In this document: positions 22,247-32,098 of the stretch, piece after piece
Layout of the letters: each line of letters begins with the position of its first letter
Numbering within the stretch: the stretch's first letter is position 1
DNA from: an uncultured Mesorhizobium sp.
Lineage (GTDB): Bacteria; Pseudomonadota; Alphaproteobacteria; Rhizobiales; Rhizobiaceae
DNA: 64,000 nt
Direction: 5' to 3'
Assembly: GCA_963522145.1 (NCBI GenBank)
Contig: CAUQXI010000016.1
Coordinates: forward strand, 3,569 to 67,568
Translations under genes and position numbers: made by a program
The notes under the pieces: generated by a model
The model's database searches: none
Seen by the model: the letters and a program-made list of their open reading frames with translations, nothing else
Told to the model about the DNA's origin: nothing

Positions 22247-22810
22247 TCAGCGCCGCGTCAGGCCGAGCCCGGCCTGAGCGAGAAGGAATTGCGCACGCGC
22301 CGCGACGCCCGCGCGGGGCAGATGCAGGAGGCGATAGCCGAGTTCCTCATAGGTTGTGACCATCGCCTCGAATGTGCGCTCCGCTTCATCCAGGCTCTGC
22401 CTGCGCTCGACGTCGCGGCGGTAGATTTCGGGCCAAGGTGGGGCGATGAAGGCGCGCTCGCTGTAACGGATGCTTCGTGCCGCCTTGAGGATGTCGGCCG
22501 GAACATCGAGGCCCTCAAGGCGAAGATAGCCGACGATGTCGGGCAGGGCGCCGTCGAACACTGTCGCATTTTCGCGCTCTTCAGCCTTCGCACGGGAACG
22601 CAGTTCCCAGTCGAACATGCGACGCGCAAATGCGGCCTTGTCGAGCCAGGGAAGCGCCTGGCCTCCCGCGGCTGCCTCTTCCTGTATCACGCCGCGCCCG
22701 GCCTCATCGGATATTGCAATGCCCCGTTCACGGAGATGAAGCAGCAGCGTGGTCTTGCCCGACCCTGGGCCCCCTGTGACCACGTGGAAACGTTGCGCCG
22801 AGCCTGTCAT
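22247..22810 (-). CDS. AAA_28-family P-loop ATPase/kinase-like protein
   Basis: VVTGGPGSGKTT, EAGR.VI, FIAPPWPEIY..D.ER.Q. Confidence 0.8.
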   Translation of the reverse strand: MTGSAQRFHVVTGGPGSGKTTLLLHLRERGIAISDEAGRGVIQEEAAAGGQALPWLDKAAFARRMFDWELRSRAKAEERENATVFDGALPDIVGYLRLEGLDVPADILKAARSIRYSERAFIAPPWPEIYRRDVERRQSLDEAERTFEAMVTTYEELGYRLLHLPRAGVAARAQFLLAQAGLGLTRR

Positions 22811-22840
22811 GGCTGCGCCTCATGATGATGGTGGATGAAG

Positions 22841-23162
22841 GAAGTGGAGGTTTCTGTTGCCAGGTACCTCCGAACCCCGCCTAGAAGTGCGAACCCCTAG
22901 GGCTTGGATTGAAGCTATCGCACCGCATTAAGCGGCGAGACGTGCTTCCGCATAGTTGTCGTTTGCAACTACAAGTTTAGCCCGATAACGGTGGTACCAT
23001 GCCGGGCAAAAGTCCGATCTTTACACCCTCGTCGATCCTATTTCGCCCCCATCAGGAAAGGCTCGCGAACGAGCATCTCATGGTGGAGGCGCCGGGTACC
23101 GCCCCCGGGTCCGAATGGCTTATTTCATCGGCAGTTTATCGCCATAGTCAGCCGAAGCTGAC
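22841..23162 (-). ncRNA. ssrA: tmRNA (two-piece, permuted alphaproteobacterial form)
   Basis: Acceptor piece ends ...GCCTCCACCA at 23081; 30-nt intervening segment; coding piece begins GGGGGCGAAATAGGATCGAC at 23050; tag ANDNYAEARLAA* at 22966-22928; outer ends approximate. Confidence 0.95.
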
Positions 23163-23168
23163 GAGAGG

Positions 23169-23197
23169 AATATAGGCGATCCTCCGCGCGCCGTGAA
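23169..23197 (-). promoter_or_regulatory. Sigma70-like promoter of ssrA
   Basis: TTCACG-N17-TATATT on the minus strand. Confidence 0.5.
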
Positions 23198-23379
23198 GGG
23201 CGAGGAATGAGAATCGTGGAAAGCCGGCGCGTGCTGTCATGCCGGCGCTTCCCCGCGCCGATTTGATGGCGCATCCTTGCCGATTACGAGTCGCGACAAG
23301 AGCTTCCGTGCCTGCGTTAATGCGACGGGAACGTTTCTCGCGCCATCGCTTCACGTTGCGGACCAGCCGGAACACATCC

Positions 23380-24174
23380 ATGCGCCAGTATCTCGACCTC
23401 CTGAGCCACGTGCTCGATTACGGCACCGATCGCCCGGACCGCACTGGCACGGGAACGCGCTCCGTCTTCGGCTATCAGATGCGCTTCGATCTCGGCCGCG
23501 GCTTTCCTCTGACGACCACCAAGAAGCTGCATCTGCGCTCGATCATTCATGAGCTGCTGTGGTTTCTCGCGGGCGACACGAATGTCGATTATCTTCGCCG
23601 CAACGGCGTGACGATCTGGGACGAGTGGGCCGACGAGAACGGCGATCTCGGCCCCGTCTATGGAAAGCAGTGGCGCTCCTGGGCTGCGCCGGACGGCCGG
23701 GTGATCGATCAGATGGCGAACCTGCTTTCCGATCTGCGCAGGAACCCGCAATCCCGCCGCCTGATCGTGTCGGCCTGGAACCCGGCTGACGTGGAGGCCA
23801 TGGCCCTGCCGCCCTGTCACTGCCTGTTCCAGTTCTATGTCGCGGACGGCCGGCTCTCGTGCCAGCTCTACCAGCGCTCAGCCGACATCTTCCTGGGCGT
23901 GCCTTTCAACATCGCCTCCTATGCGCTGCTCACCATGATGATCGCGCAGGTGAGCGATCTAATGCCCGGAGACTTCGTGCATACGCTGGGCGACGCGCAT
24001 CTTTACTCCAACCACTTCGACCAGGCGCACGAGCAGCTTTCGCGTACCCCGAAGACCCTGCCGACGATGCGGCTCAACCCGGCTGTGACCGACCTCTTCG
24101 CCTTCCGCTTCGAGGACTTCAGCCTCGAGAACTATGTCGCTGATGCCACCATCCGCGCATCGATCGCGGTCTGA
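23380..24174 (+). CDS. thyA: Thymidylate synthase
   Basis: [39 protein letters not shown]; 264 aa. Confidence 0.97.
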   Translation: MRQYLDLLSHVLDYGTDRPDRTGTGTRSVFGYQMRFDLGRGFPLTTTKKLHLRSIIHELLWFLAGDTNVDYLRRNGVTIWDEWADENGDLGPVYGKQWRSWAAPDGRVIDQMANLLSDLRRNPQSRRLIVSAWNPADVEAMALPPCHCLFQFYVADGRLSCQLYQRSADIFLGVPFNIASYALLTMMIAQVSDLMPGDFVHTLGDAHLYSNHFDQAHEQLSRTPKTLPTMRLNPAVTDLFAFRFEDFSLENYVADATIRASIAV

Positions 24175-24212
24175 TTCAGAAATCGGGGGGCGAACCGGGT
24201 AGGGGGACGGCG

Positions 24213-24737
24213 ATGAGCCTGATCGTGATCCATGTTGCCGTGGCCGCTAACGGGGTCATAGGCCGCGACGGCGGCATGCCGTGGACGCTGTCCACCGACC
24301 TCAAGCGCTTCAAGGCGGCGACAATGGGCAAGCCGGTGATCATGGGGCGCAAGACCTTTGAAAGCATCGGCAAGCCGCTGCCGGGCCGGCTGAATATCGT
24401 TGTCACGCGCGATCCGGGCTTTCATCCTGAAGGCGCAGAGGCCGTGAATGGCCTGGAAGAAGCGCTTTCTTTGGCGCGGAGGCGGACAGAGGGCGACATC
24501 GCGGTGATCGGCGGCGGACAGATCTACGATCAAGCCATGCCTCAAGCCGGCCAGCTCCACGTGACCCATGTGCTGGCCGATCTAGAGGGCGACACGCGCT
24601 TTCCCTCGATCGATCCCTCCACGTGGCAGCCGATTGCGACGGAAGATGTTCCCGCAGGCGAAAAGGATAGCTTTGCGACACGCCACGTCATCTACGAACG
24701 GCGACGCGACCAGGCTGGCACCCCACGGAGCGGTTAA
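24213..24737 (+). CDS. folA: Dihydrofolate reductase
   Basis: NGVIG..GGMPW, DLKRFK, MGRKTFESIG.PLPGR, IGGGQIY. Confidence 0.96.
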   Translation: MSLIVIHVAVAANGVIGRDGGMPWTLSTDLKRFKAATMGKPVIMGRKTFESIGKPLPGRLNIVVTRDPGFHPEGAEAVNGLEEALSLARRRTEGDIAVIGGGQIYDQAMPQAGQLHVTHVLADLEGDTRFPSIDPSTWQPIATEDVPAGEKDSFATRHVIYERRRDQAGTPRSG

Positions 24738-24761
24738 AGGCGCGACATCCCGACCTTCGCG

Positions 24762-24788
24762 TTGAAAGGCCGGCACGGCATCCCTATA
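24762..24788 (+). promoter_or_regulatory. RpoH (sigma32)-like promoter of hflKC
   Basis: TTGAAA-N14-CCCTATA; fits the heat-shock role of hflKC. Confidence 0.55.
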
Positions 24789-24852
24789 GAAGGAAGCAGC
24801 GGAGGCTTATCCCTTCGCATTCTATTCGCGCCGGCTTTCAAGAAGGACATTC

Positions 24853-25980
24853 ATGCCCTGGAACAACCAAAGCGGCGGCCCATGGGGGGGCGGCGGAAAC
24901 AATGGCGGCGGCAATAATGGTGGCCCATGGGGGCAGGGTCCTAAAGGCCCCAGCGGGCCGCAGGGTTCTCCGCCTGACCTCGAGGCGCTGATCCGTCGCG
25001 GTCAGGACCGGCTGAGGCGGGCGATACCGGGCGGGCCAGGGGCAGGCGGTGCCGCCAACCCGGCGCTCTGGGGCTTCATCGCGCTGCTGCTTGTCGCCTT
25101 CTGGGTGTTCCAATCGATCTACACCGTGCAGCCGGACGAACAGGCGGTGGAACTGCGCTTCGGCCGGCCGAAGCCGGAACTCGCAGGCCCCGGCCTTCAC
25201 TTCCATTGGTGGCCGGTCGAGACGGTGGAAAAAGCGAGCTCGGCCGAAAAGCTGATCGCGATCGGCGCGGGAACCCGCGCGGGCGACGCGTCCGGCCTTA
25301 TGCTTTCGGGCGACCAGAACATCGTCAATGTCCAGTTTTCCGTGGCCTATCAGGTGAGCGATCCGGTCGCTTATCTCTTCAACGTTTCGGACCCCGACGA
25401 CATGCTGCGGCAGGTGGCCGAGAGCGCCATGCGCGAGTCGGTCGGGCGGCGGCCGGCGCAGGACATCTTCCGCGACGATCGGCAGGGCATCGCGCAGAAT
25501 GTGCGCGACATCATCCAGGGCTCGCTCAACGATTACGGCGCCGGCCTGCAGGTCAATGCCATCTCCATCGAGGACGCAGCGCCGCCGCGCGAAGTGGCGA
25601 GCGCCTTCGAGGAGGTGCAGCGCGCCGAGCAGGACGAGGATCGCTTCGTGGAGGAATCCAACCAGTATTCCAACCAGAAGCTCGGCCAGGCGCGCGGCGA
25701 CGCGGCGCAGATCCGCGAAGGCGCGGCCGCCTACAAGACCCGCGTGGTGCAGGAAGCGCAGGGCGAAGCTCAGCGCTTCGTGTCGGTCTATGACGAATAT
25801 GCCAAGGCGCCTGATGTCACGCGCAAGCGCCTGTTCCTTGAAACCATGGAGCAGGTGCTGGGCAACTCCAACAAGGTGATCGTAGAGCAGGGTGCCTCCG
25901 GGCAGGGCGTCGTGCCCTACCTGCCGCTGCCGGCACTACAGCAGAATCGTACCGGCCAGGCCACGCAGGGAGCCAACTGA
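24853..25980 (+). CDS. hflK: FtsH protease modulator HflK
   Basis: MPWNNQ..GGPWG, PPDLE; SPFH domain; APDVTRKRLFLETME. Confidence 0.95.
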   Translation: MPWNNQSGGPWGGGGNNGGGNNGGPWGQGPKGPSGPQGSPPDLEALIRRGQDRLRRAIPGGPGAGGAANPALWGFIALLLVAFWVFQSIYTVQPDEQAVELRFGRPKPELAGPGLHFHWWPVETVEKASSAEKLIAIGAGTRAGDASGLMLSGDQNIVNVQFSVAYQVSDPVAYLFNVSDPDDMLRQVAESAMRESVGRRPAQDIFRDDRQGIAQNVRDIIQGSLNDYGAGLQVNAISIEDAAPPREVASAFEEVQRAEQDEDRFVEESNQYSNQKLGQARGDAAQIREGAAAYKTRVVQEAQGEAQRFVSVYDEYAKAPDVTRKRLFLETMEQVLGNSNKVIVEQGASGQGVVPYLPLPALQQNRTGQATQGAN

Positions 25981-27017
25981 TGCTCGCCAACCGTCTTCCC
26001 CTGATCGGCATCGGCGCAGCGATCATCCTGTTTCTTTTGTGGTCCGCGATCTTCGTGGTGAACGAGCGTGAGCAGGCGATCGTTCTGCGGTTCGGCGAGA
26101 TCGTGGATGTGAAGAGCGAGCCCGGCATCTATTTCAAGGCGCCGTTCCCGTTCTTCGAGGCTGACAACGTGCAGATGATCGAGGATCGCGTGCTGCGCTT
26201 CGATCTCGACAATATCCGCGTCCAGGTTTCGGGCGGACGCTTCTACGAGGTCGATGCCTTCCTTGCTTATCGCATCAGCGATGCGCGCCGGTTCCGCCAG
26301 TCCGTGTCTGGCTCGATCCAGCTGGCCGAGCAGCGGCTGCGCACGCGTCTCGATGCAGCGCTCCGCCGCGTTTATGGTTTGCGCGGCTTCGAGGCCGCAC
26401 TTTCCGAAGAGCGCGCGACGATGATGCGCGAGGTGCGCGACCAGATTCGTCCTGACGCTACCTCGCTCGGGCTCGAGATCCAGGATGTCCGCATCCGTCG
26501 TACCGACCTGACGGCGGAGGTTTCCCAGCAAACCTATGACCGCATGAAGGCCGAGCGTCTCGCGGAAGCCGAGCGGTTGCGCGCGCGCGGCCGGGAAGCG
26601 GCACAGCGCATCCGCGCCCGTGCCGATCGCGAGGTGGTGGAAACGGTGGCGTCCGCGCAGCGCGACTCCGAGATCCTGCGCGGTGAAGGCGAGGCCGAGC
26701 GCAACAAGACCTTCGCTGACGCCTTCCAGCGCGATCCGGACTTCTTCGCTTTCTATCGCTCCATGCTGGCCTATGCGCAGGCGTTGAAGGAATCGAACAC
26801 GACCATGTTGCTGTCGCCGGACAGCGAGTTCTTCCGCTACTTCATGGGCGAGGGGTCGGGTAACCCCGGCGCGTCAGGCCCGACCCCGGCCCCGACCCCG
26901 GAGGGTGCTGCGCCAGCCGCGCAAGGAGCGTCCGCGCCGCCTGCAGCGACGGAGCAGGCGCCGGCGTCAACGACCCCTGCTGTTCCGAACACAGGCGCCG
27001 AAAGCCCGACACCATAG
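25980..27017 (+). CDS. hflC: FtsH protease modulator HflC
   Basis: EQAIVLRFGE, RMKAERLAEA, DPDFFAFYRS, LSPDSEFFRY; 1-bp overlap with hflK. Confidence 0.95.
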   Translation: MLANRLPLIGIGAAIILFLLWSAIFVVNEREQAIVLRFGEIVDVKSEPGIYFKAPFPFFEADNVQMIEDRVLRFDLDNIRVQVSGGRFYEVDAFLAYRISDARRFRQSVSGSIQLAEQRLRTRLDAALRRVYGLRGFEAALSEERATMMREVRDQIRPDATSLGLEIQDVRIRRTDLTAEVSQQTYDRMKAERLAEAERLRARGREAAQRIRARADREVVETVASAQRDSEILRGEGEAERNKTFADAFQRDPDFFAFYRSMLAYAQALKESNTTMLLSPDSEFFRYFMGEGSGNPGASGPTPAPTPEGAAPAAQGASAPPAATEQAPASTTPAVPNTGAESPTP

Positions 27018-27178
27018 CCGTTGGCTTTCGCCCATCCGCCCGCCTTCGAGCGGGGGCGGATGACGGAGGATTTATCCGCCTGGCCATAGGCAAAGCGCGT
27101 CTCGCGCTTTATCCCTGCTCGACGCTCGGCCTCGACGCACTCTCCAGGCAGGCCGCACATCCTTCGGAGGACAACCGG

Positions 27179-28759
27179 ATGTTCTTCTCTGTCTCGTCGG
27201 GTCGACGTTTCGCGCTTTCTGCTCTCGCCGCGGCGCTCCTTGCAGGCACCGGCTCCCTATCGCCGGCACAGGCACAACTTCAGGCACCGGTTCCGCCTGC
27301 GCTCGCGGCTCCCGTTCAGCCCGCACCGAGCACGTCGGCACCGACGCAGCATGGGCCAGAATCCGTCGCCGACCTCGCGGAAAGCCTGCTCGGAGCGGTG
27401 GTCAACATTTCGACGTCGCAGACCATCAAGGGCACGGACGGGCCGGGCGCAGTGCCGCCGCCTCAGCTGCCGGACGGCTCCCCGTTTCAGGATTTCTTCG
27501 ACGATTTCTTCAAGGATCGCGGGCAGGGCGGCGGAGGCCAGGGCGGTCAGAAGGTGCAGTCGCTCGGCTCGGGCTTCGTGGTGGATGCCAATCAGGGCAT
27601 CGTCGTCACGAACAACCACGTGATCGCAGATGCCGATGAAATCGAGATCAACTTTTCCGACGGCGCGACGCTGAAGGCCGAACTCGTCGGCACCGACACG
27701 GAAACCGACATCGCGGTTCTCAAGGTCGATCCCAAGCTCAAGGTGCTGAAGGCGGTCAAGTTCGGCGATTCCGACAAGATGCGGATCGGCGATTGGGTGA
27801 TGGCAATCGGCAATCCGTTCGGCCTCGGCGGGACGGTGACGGTCGGCATCGTGTCTGCGCGCAATCGCGACATCAATTCCGGCCGCTACGACGACTTCCT
27901 CCAGACGGACGCTGCGATCAATCGGGGCAATTCCGGCGGCCCGCTGTTCAACATGTTCGGCGAGGTGGTCGGCATCAACACAGCGATCATCTCGCCCTCG
28001 GGCGGTTCGATCGGCATCGGCTTCTCGATCCCCTCCAAGCTCGCCTCGAACGTTGTCGATCAGCTGCGCCAATATGGCGAGACGCGGCGCGGCTGGCTCG
28101 GCGTGCGCATCCAGCCCGTCACGGAGGACATCGCTGAAAGCCTGAGCATGGCGACTGCCAAGGGCGCGCTGGTGGCCGGCGTCATCGAGGGCGGACCGGT
28201 CGATGACGGCTCAATCCAGCCGGGTGACGTGATCATCAAGTTCGACGGCAAGGATGTGGACGGCGTCCGTGACCTGCCGCGCGTGGTGGCTGAAACCGCG
28301 GTTGGCAAGGCGGTGGACGTGGTGGTGGTGCGCAAGGGCAAGGAGCAGACGATCAAGGTCAAGCTCGGGCGGCTCGAAGACAGTGAGAAGCTGGCCGAGA
28401 ACGAGGACGGCACGGGTGACGGCGCCGACAAGGACAAGAGCCAGAAGGCTGCGCCGGCCGTCGTTTCGGTGCTCGGCATGAAGCTCGGCGAGCTGGATGA
28501 CGCCGCGCGCACGAAGTTCGGCATCGCCGAGGATGTGGCGGGCGTGATCGTGACCGAGGTGGCGCCCAATACGCCCGCTGCCGAGCGCGGCATCACGGCG
28601 GGCGAGGTGATCACCGAGATCGCGCAGGAGTCTGTCACCGCGCCGTCCGAGGTGGAGGAGCGCATCGCGGCGCTCAAGAAGCAGGGCCGCAAGAACGCCC
28701 TTCTGATGCTGGCCTCGAAGACCGGCGAACTTCGTTTCGTGACGCTCCGAACGGACTGA
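27179..28759 (+). CDS. degP: DegP/DegQ (HtrA) periplasmic serine protease
   Basis: Signal peptide; catalytic triad in NNHV, TDIAV and GNSGG; two PDZ domains. Confidence 0.9.
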   Translation: MFFSVSSGRRFALSALAAALLAGTGSLSPAQAQLQAPVPPALAAPVQPAPSTSAPTQHGPESVADLAESLLGAVVNISTSQTIKGTDGPGAVPPPQLPDGSPFQDFFDDFFKDRGQGGGGQGGQKVQSLGSGFVVDANQGIVVTNNHVIADADEIEINFSDGATLKAELVGTDTETDIAVLKVDPKLKVLKAVKFGDSDKMRIGDWVMAIGNPFGLGGTVTVGIVSARNRDINSGRYDDFLQTDAAINRGNSGGPLFNMFGEVVGINTAIISPSGGSIGIGFSIPSKLASNVVDQLRQYGETRRGWLGVRIQPVTEDIAESLSMATAKGALVAGVIEGGPVDDGSIQPGDVIIKFDGKDVDGVRDLPRVVAETAVGKAVDVVVVRKGKEQTIKVKLGRLEDSEKLAENEDGTGDGADKDKSQKAAPAVVSVLGMKLGELDDAARTKFGIAEDVAGVIVTEVAPNTPAAERGITAGEVITEIAQESVTAPSEVEERIAALKKQGRKNALLMLASKTGELRFVTLRTD

Positions 28760-28768
28760 CGGAAGAAC

Positions 28769-29851
28769 TCAGGCCGCTTCCTGTGCTGCAAGGGTGGGCC
28801 TGGGTCGGCTCCCCAGCCGCTTGCGGCATGCGTCGATCAGGGGGCGCTCAACCAGCAGGTGAAGCAGGGATCCGCCAATGATCGCGCCTGCGAAAATGGC
28901 GATGTAGATCAGATGCGGTGGCAGCGGCACATTGGCTGACAGCCTGATCATGATCTTCGCAATCAGCCCCAGAAGGGCGAGATGCGTCAGGTAGATCGAG
29001 TAGGATGCGTCGCCGATCAGATCGAGAAGCCTCAGTCTCGATGGCCACTGCGCGGCCCTTTCCAGCGTCGCGGCGCCAGCGATGATCAAGCCAAAGGCCA
29101 GTGCATAGGCGATCTGCAGTTGGCTGTAGGGCATGCCTTGGCTTTCAAGCACATAGACGGCAGCAAGGAGCGCCAGTCCGACCGGGAAGGCGGTCTTGAC
29201 GATGGCTGGTCTGCCATGAGCCCAGGCATAAAAGGCCAGCATGCCGGTGAGGAAGTTGAGATTGAGCGGCGAGAAATAGGTCGTCCAGGCCGAAAAGCTG
29301 TCATAATCGGGATATTGGAACACTAGCAGGCAGCCCAGCATCCAAAGCCCGAAGACGACCACGCCGATGCGGCGGCTGATGATGAAGATCGCGAAAACGA
29401 GATAGAAGGCCAGTTCGTGCACCAGCGTCCAGGCGGGAGCGATCGGGAATTCGAAATTGTCGAAGCGGACCAGGAAGACGGCTGAGACCCAGTGCGGGAC
29501 CGTGTCCGGCAAAGTGGCGGCCGTTCCGAGGCCTGTTGCCACGAGAGCGCAGAAGATGCCGGCATAGACCCAGTAGATCGAGAAGAGCCGCACGAAGCGG
29601 CGCGTCAGGTAGTTTCGGAGGCGCTCCGGGCGGCCGATATCGCGATGGTGGGCGAAGACGATGATGAAGCCCGACAGCACGAAAAAGAAGTCGACGCCGA
29701 GATTGCCACGCCGCGTGATGTCGAGAAACAGTTCCTGCCCGAGATAGCGGGGCGCCGACAACATCAGCGACAGGTGAAAACCCACGACGGCCATCGCCGC
29801 GAGGCCCCGCGCCTGTTGCAGCGAATGGAGTTGTGCCTGTTCCCGAGCCAT
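28769..29851 (-). CDS. Acyltransferase 3 family (OafA/ExoZ-like) membrane O-acyltransferase
   Basis: RGLAA..VV..H, GVDFFFVLSGFII, WTLVHE..FY, IGDASYSIYLTH, VERP. Confidence 0.88.
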   Translation of the reverse strand: MAREQAQLHSLQQARGLAAMAVVGFHLSLMLSAPRYLGQELFLDITRRGNLGVDFFFVLSGFIIVFAHHRDIGRPERLRNYLTRRFVRLFSIYWVYAGIFCALVATGLGTAATLPDTVPHWVSAVFLVRFDNFEFPIAPAWTLVHELAFYLVFAIFIISRRIGVVVFGLWMLGCLLVFQYPDYDSFSAWTTYFSPLNLNFLTGMLAFYAWAHGRPAIVKTAFPVGLALLAAVYVLESQGMPYSQLQIAYALAFGLIIAGAATLERAAQWPSRLRLLDLIGDASYSIYLTHLALLGLIAKIMIRLSANVPLPPHLIYIAIFAGAIIGGSLLHLLVERPLIDACRKRLGSRPRPTLAAQEAA

Positions 29852-30160
29852 CGTTCCCTGCCGGCGTCCCGTCATCCTTTGCAGTTTTCCTCCGCGGAGA
29901 ACTGCCGGGCGGAGCCTTCTCGCACGATCAGCGTCGGCAGCGACCGAAGTTGGTTCTTGCGATTACCTCGCGACAAGCTTCATCAACCTGAAGCGATCTG
30001 CGTCACACAGCCGATGATAAATCACGCGCAGTTAAGCAATCTGTAGCTGCCCGGTCGGCTATGAGGTCGAGCAACTGTCTGACGGCCGGTTCAATGCTCG
30101 ACCGAAGGGCATCAACAACGCTCGTCGCGCGGGGCTATCGCGCCTCAGGCTTGGTCGCGA

Positions 30161-31048
30161 TCACCCAGCGAAGTCTTCGATGTGGTATCCCTGCAGGAAC
30201 AGCAGCGCCGTCAGGTCGCCGTGATCAATGCGCACGGGCGCGGCTGCGGCGACTGCCGGCTTGGCGTGGAGCGCGACCCCCATCCCGGCCATGCCGATCA
30301 TGTCGAGATCGTTGGCGCCGTCGCCAACGGCGAGCGCATCGGCCGGAGTGATGCCACGCCGGGCGGTGATCGCCTGCAATGCCTCGGCCTTCGCGGCACG
30401 GCCGAGGATCGGCTCGGCCACGCGGCCGAGCAGCCGCCCGTTCTCGGCAAGCAGGCGATTGGCGCGATGCTCGTCAAACCCGACCTGCGCGCCGATTGGA
30501 CCGGTGAAGGCTTCGAACCCGCCCGAAACCAGCGCGGTCCACGCGCCTTGCGCCCGCATGGTCGCCACCAGCGTTCGCGCACCCGAGGCCAGCCGGATGC
30601 GGTTTTGGAGAACGCGGCCGATCACCGCCTCTTCGAGTCCTGCAAGCAAGGCGACGCGCTCGCGAAGGGCCGGCTCGAATGCGATCTCGCCGCGCATGGA
30701 GCGTTCCGTGATCGCGGCAACATGCGGCTTCATGCCGATCTCGTCGGCCAACTCATCGATGCATTCCTGCTCGATGATGGTGGAATCCATGTCTGCGATC
30801 AGCAGCTTCTTGCGGCGCGTGCCGGCTTCCAACACAGCGTGATCGATCGGAGCATCCTCGAGCACGTCGCGCAATAGAGCGCGGGCCTCTGGAAGGTTCA
30901 GGTCCGGCGGGAGAAGGATGTCGCAGGCGACCTCTGCTGCCAGCCAATCGGGATCGCTTGCACCGAGCGCACGGCTCGCGCTACGGGCGAGCGCAGGCGA
31001 GCAAGCACGCGTGGCCGGATGGGAGATGAGCGTGGCGACGAGGGGCAT
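30161..31048 (-). CDS. serB: Phosphoserine phosphatase
   Basis: HAD motif DMDST, ECIDELA, LVSGGF, GDGANDL; start MPLVATL. Confidence 0.95.
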   Translation of the reverse strand: MPLVATLISHPATRACSPALARSASRALGASDPDWLAAEVACDILLPPDLNLPEARALLRDVLEDAPIDHAVLEAGTRRKKLLIADMDSTIIEQECIDELADEIGMKPHVAAITERSMRGEIAFEPALRERVALLAGLEEAVIGRVLQNRIRLASGARTLVATMRAQGAWTALVSGGFEAFTGPIGAQVGFDEHRANRLLAENGRLLGRVAEPILGRAAKAEALQAITARRGITPADALAVGDGANDLDMIGMAGMGVALHAKPAVAAAAPVRIDHGDLTALLFLQGYHIEDFAG

Positions 31049-31972
31049 AGAAGGCGGATCGGGAGATTGATCGAGAACGCCGTGCTGATAGCGGGGCCGA
31101 CCGCGAGCGGCAAGTCGGCCGCAGCGCTGATCCTCGCATCGAGCGGGCGCCGCTCGGTCGTCAACGCCGATTCGATGCAGGTCTATGACGTGCTCCGCAT
31201 CCTGACGGCGCGGCCCGGGGACGATGAGCTCAGCCGCGCGCCGCATCTCCTTTACGGCCATGTCTCGCCAGCGACGGCCTATTCTGTGGGAGCCTGGCTC
31301 GATGATGTGCAGGCGCTCCATGAGGCGAAAGCGTTTCGCGCGGCGCCGCCGATCTTCGTGGGCGGCACAGGGCTTTACTTCCGCGCTCTGACTCAAGGTT
31401 TGGCCGCGCTGCCCACGATACCCGCAGAGACCCGTGAGCGATGGCGCGCCCGGATGGCCGAGGAAGGCCCGACAGCCCTTCATCGCATGCTCGCAGCGCG
31501 CGATCCCCTTGGCGCTGTTCAACTATCGCCGGGTGACAGCCAAAGGATCGTGCGCGCACTTGAGGTGCTGGAAGCCACAGGGCGTCCGCTGCGGGAGTGG
31601 CAGGCTGGGCCGGGCACACCGCTCGTGGACATGCAGTCGGCGCGTTGTTTCGTGCTGGAGCCGGATCGGAGAACGCTTCACGAGCGGATCGACGCCCGCT
31701 TCGACGCCATGATGGATCATGGTGCTCGCGATGAGGCACTGGCGGTCGACGCCATGGCACTTGATGCAAGCCTGCCTGCCACCAAAGCCATCGGCCTTCG
31801 CGAACTGCTCGCCGCCGAGCGGGGGGAACTGGACAGGCCCGAGGCGGTTCTAAGGGCCAAGGCGGCGACACGGCAATATGCCAAGCGCCAGTCGACGTGG
31901 TTTCGTCACCAGTTCGGGCCAGAATGGACGCGCGTTCCAGATTTGAAGGAACTGCTCCGTCTGATCCTTTAG
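31019..31972 (+). CDS. miaA: tRNA dimethylallyltransferase
   Basis: GPTASGKS, NADSMQVY, VGGTGLY, RIVRALEV, TRQYAKRQ.TW; start uncertain (ATG 31019 or TTG 31067). Confidence 0.94.
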   Translation: MGDERGDEGHRRRIGRLIENAVLIAGPTASGKSAAALILASSGRRSVVNADSMQVYDVLRILTARPGDDELSRAPHLLYGHVSPATAYSVGAWLDDVQALHEAKAFRAAPPIFVGGTGLYFRALTQGLAALPTIPAETRERWRARMAEEGPTALHRMLAARDPLGAVQLSPGDSQRIVRALEVLEATGRPLREWQAGPGTPLVDMQSARCFVLEPDRRTLHERIDARFDAMMDHGARDEALAVDAMALDASLPATKAIGLRELLAAERGELDRPEAVLRAKAATRQYAKRQSTWFRHQFGPEWTRVPDLKELLRLIL

Positions 31973-32098
31973 GCCAAGGCTGCATGGTGGAATCAACAAG
32001 GCGAGGTTGATCCTCTCTGAATGCAACCGGAAGCTGTTTACGCTCCGTAAGAGGCTTGACTCCATAAGGTGTCGCCGTCCGTGTTGGTTGGGTGAGGC

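Noticed and set aside
22841..23162. Prophage or island at ssrA (and likewise at tRNA-Lys)
   Set aside because: No integrase, phage gene or duplicated 3' end was seen.
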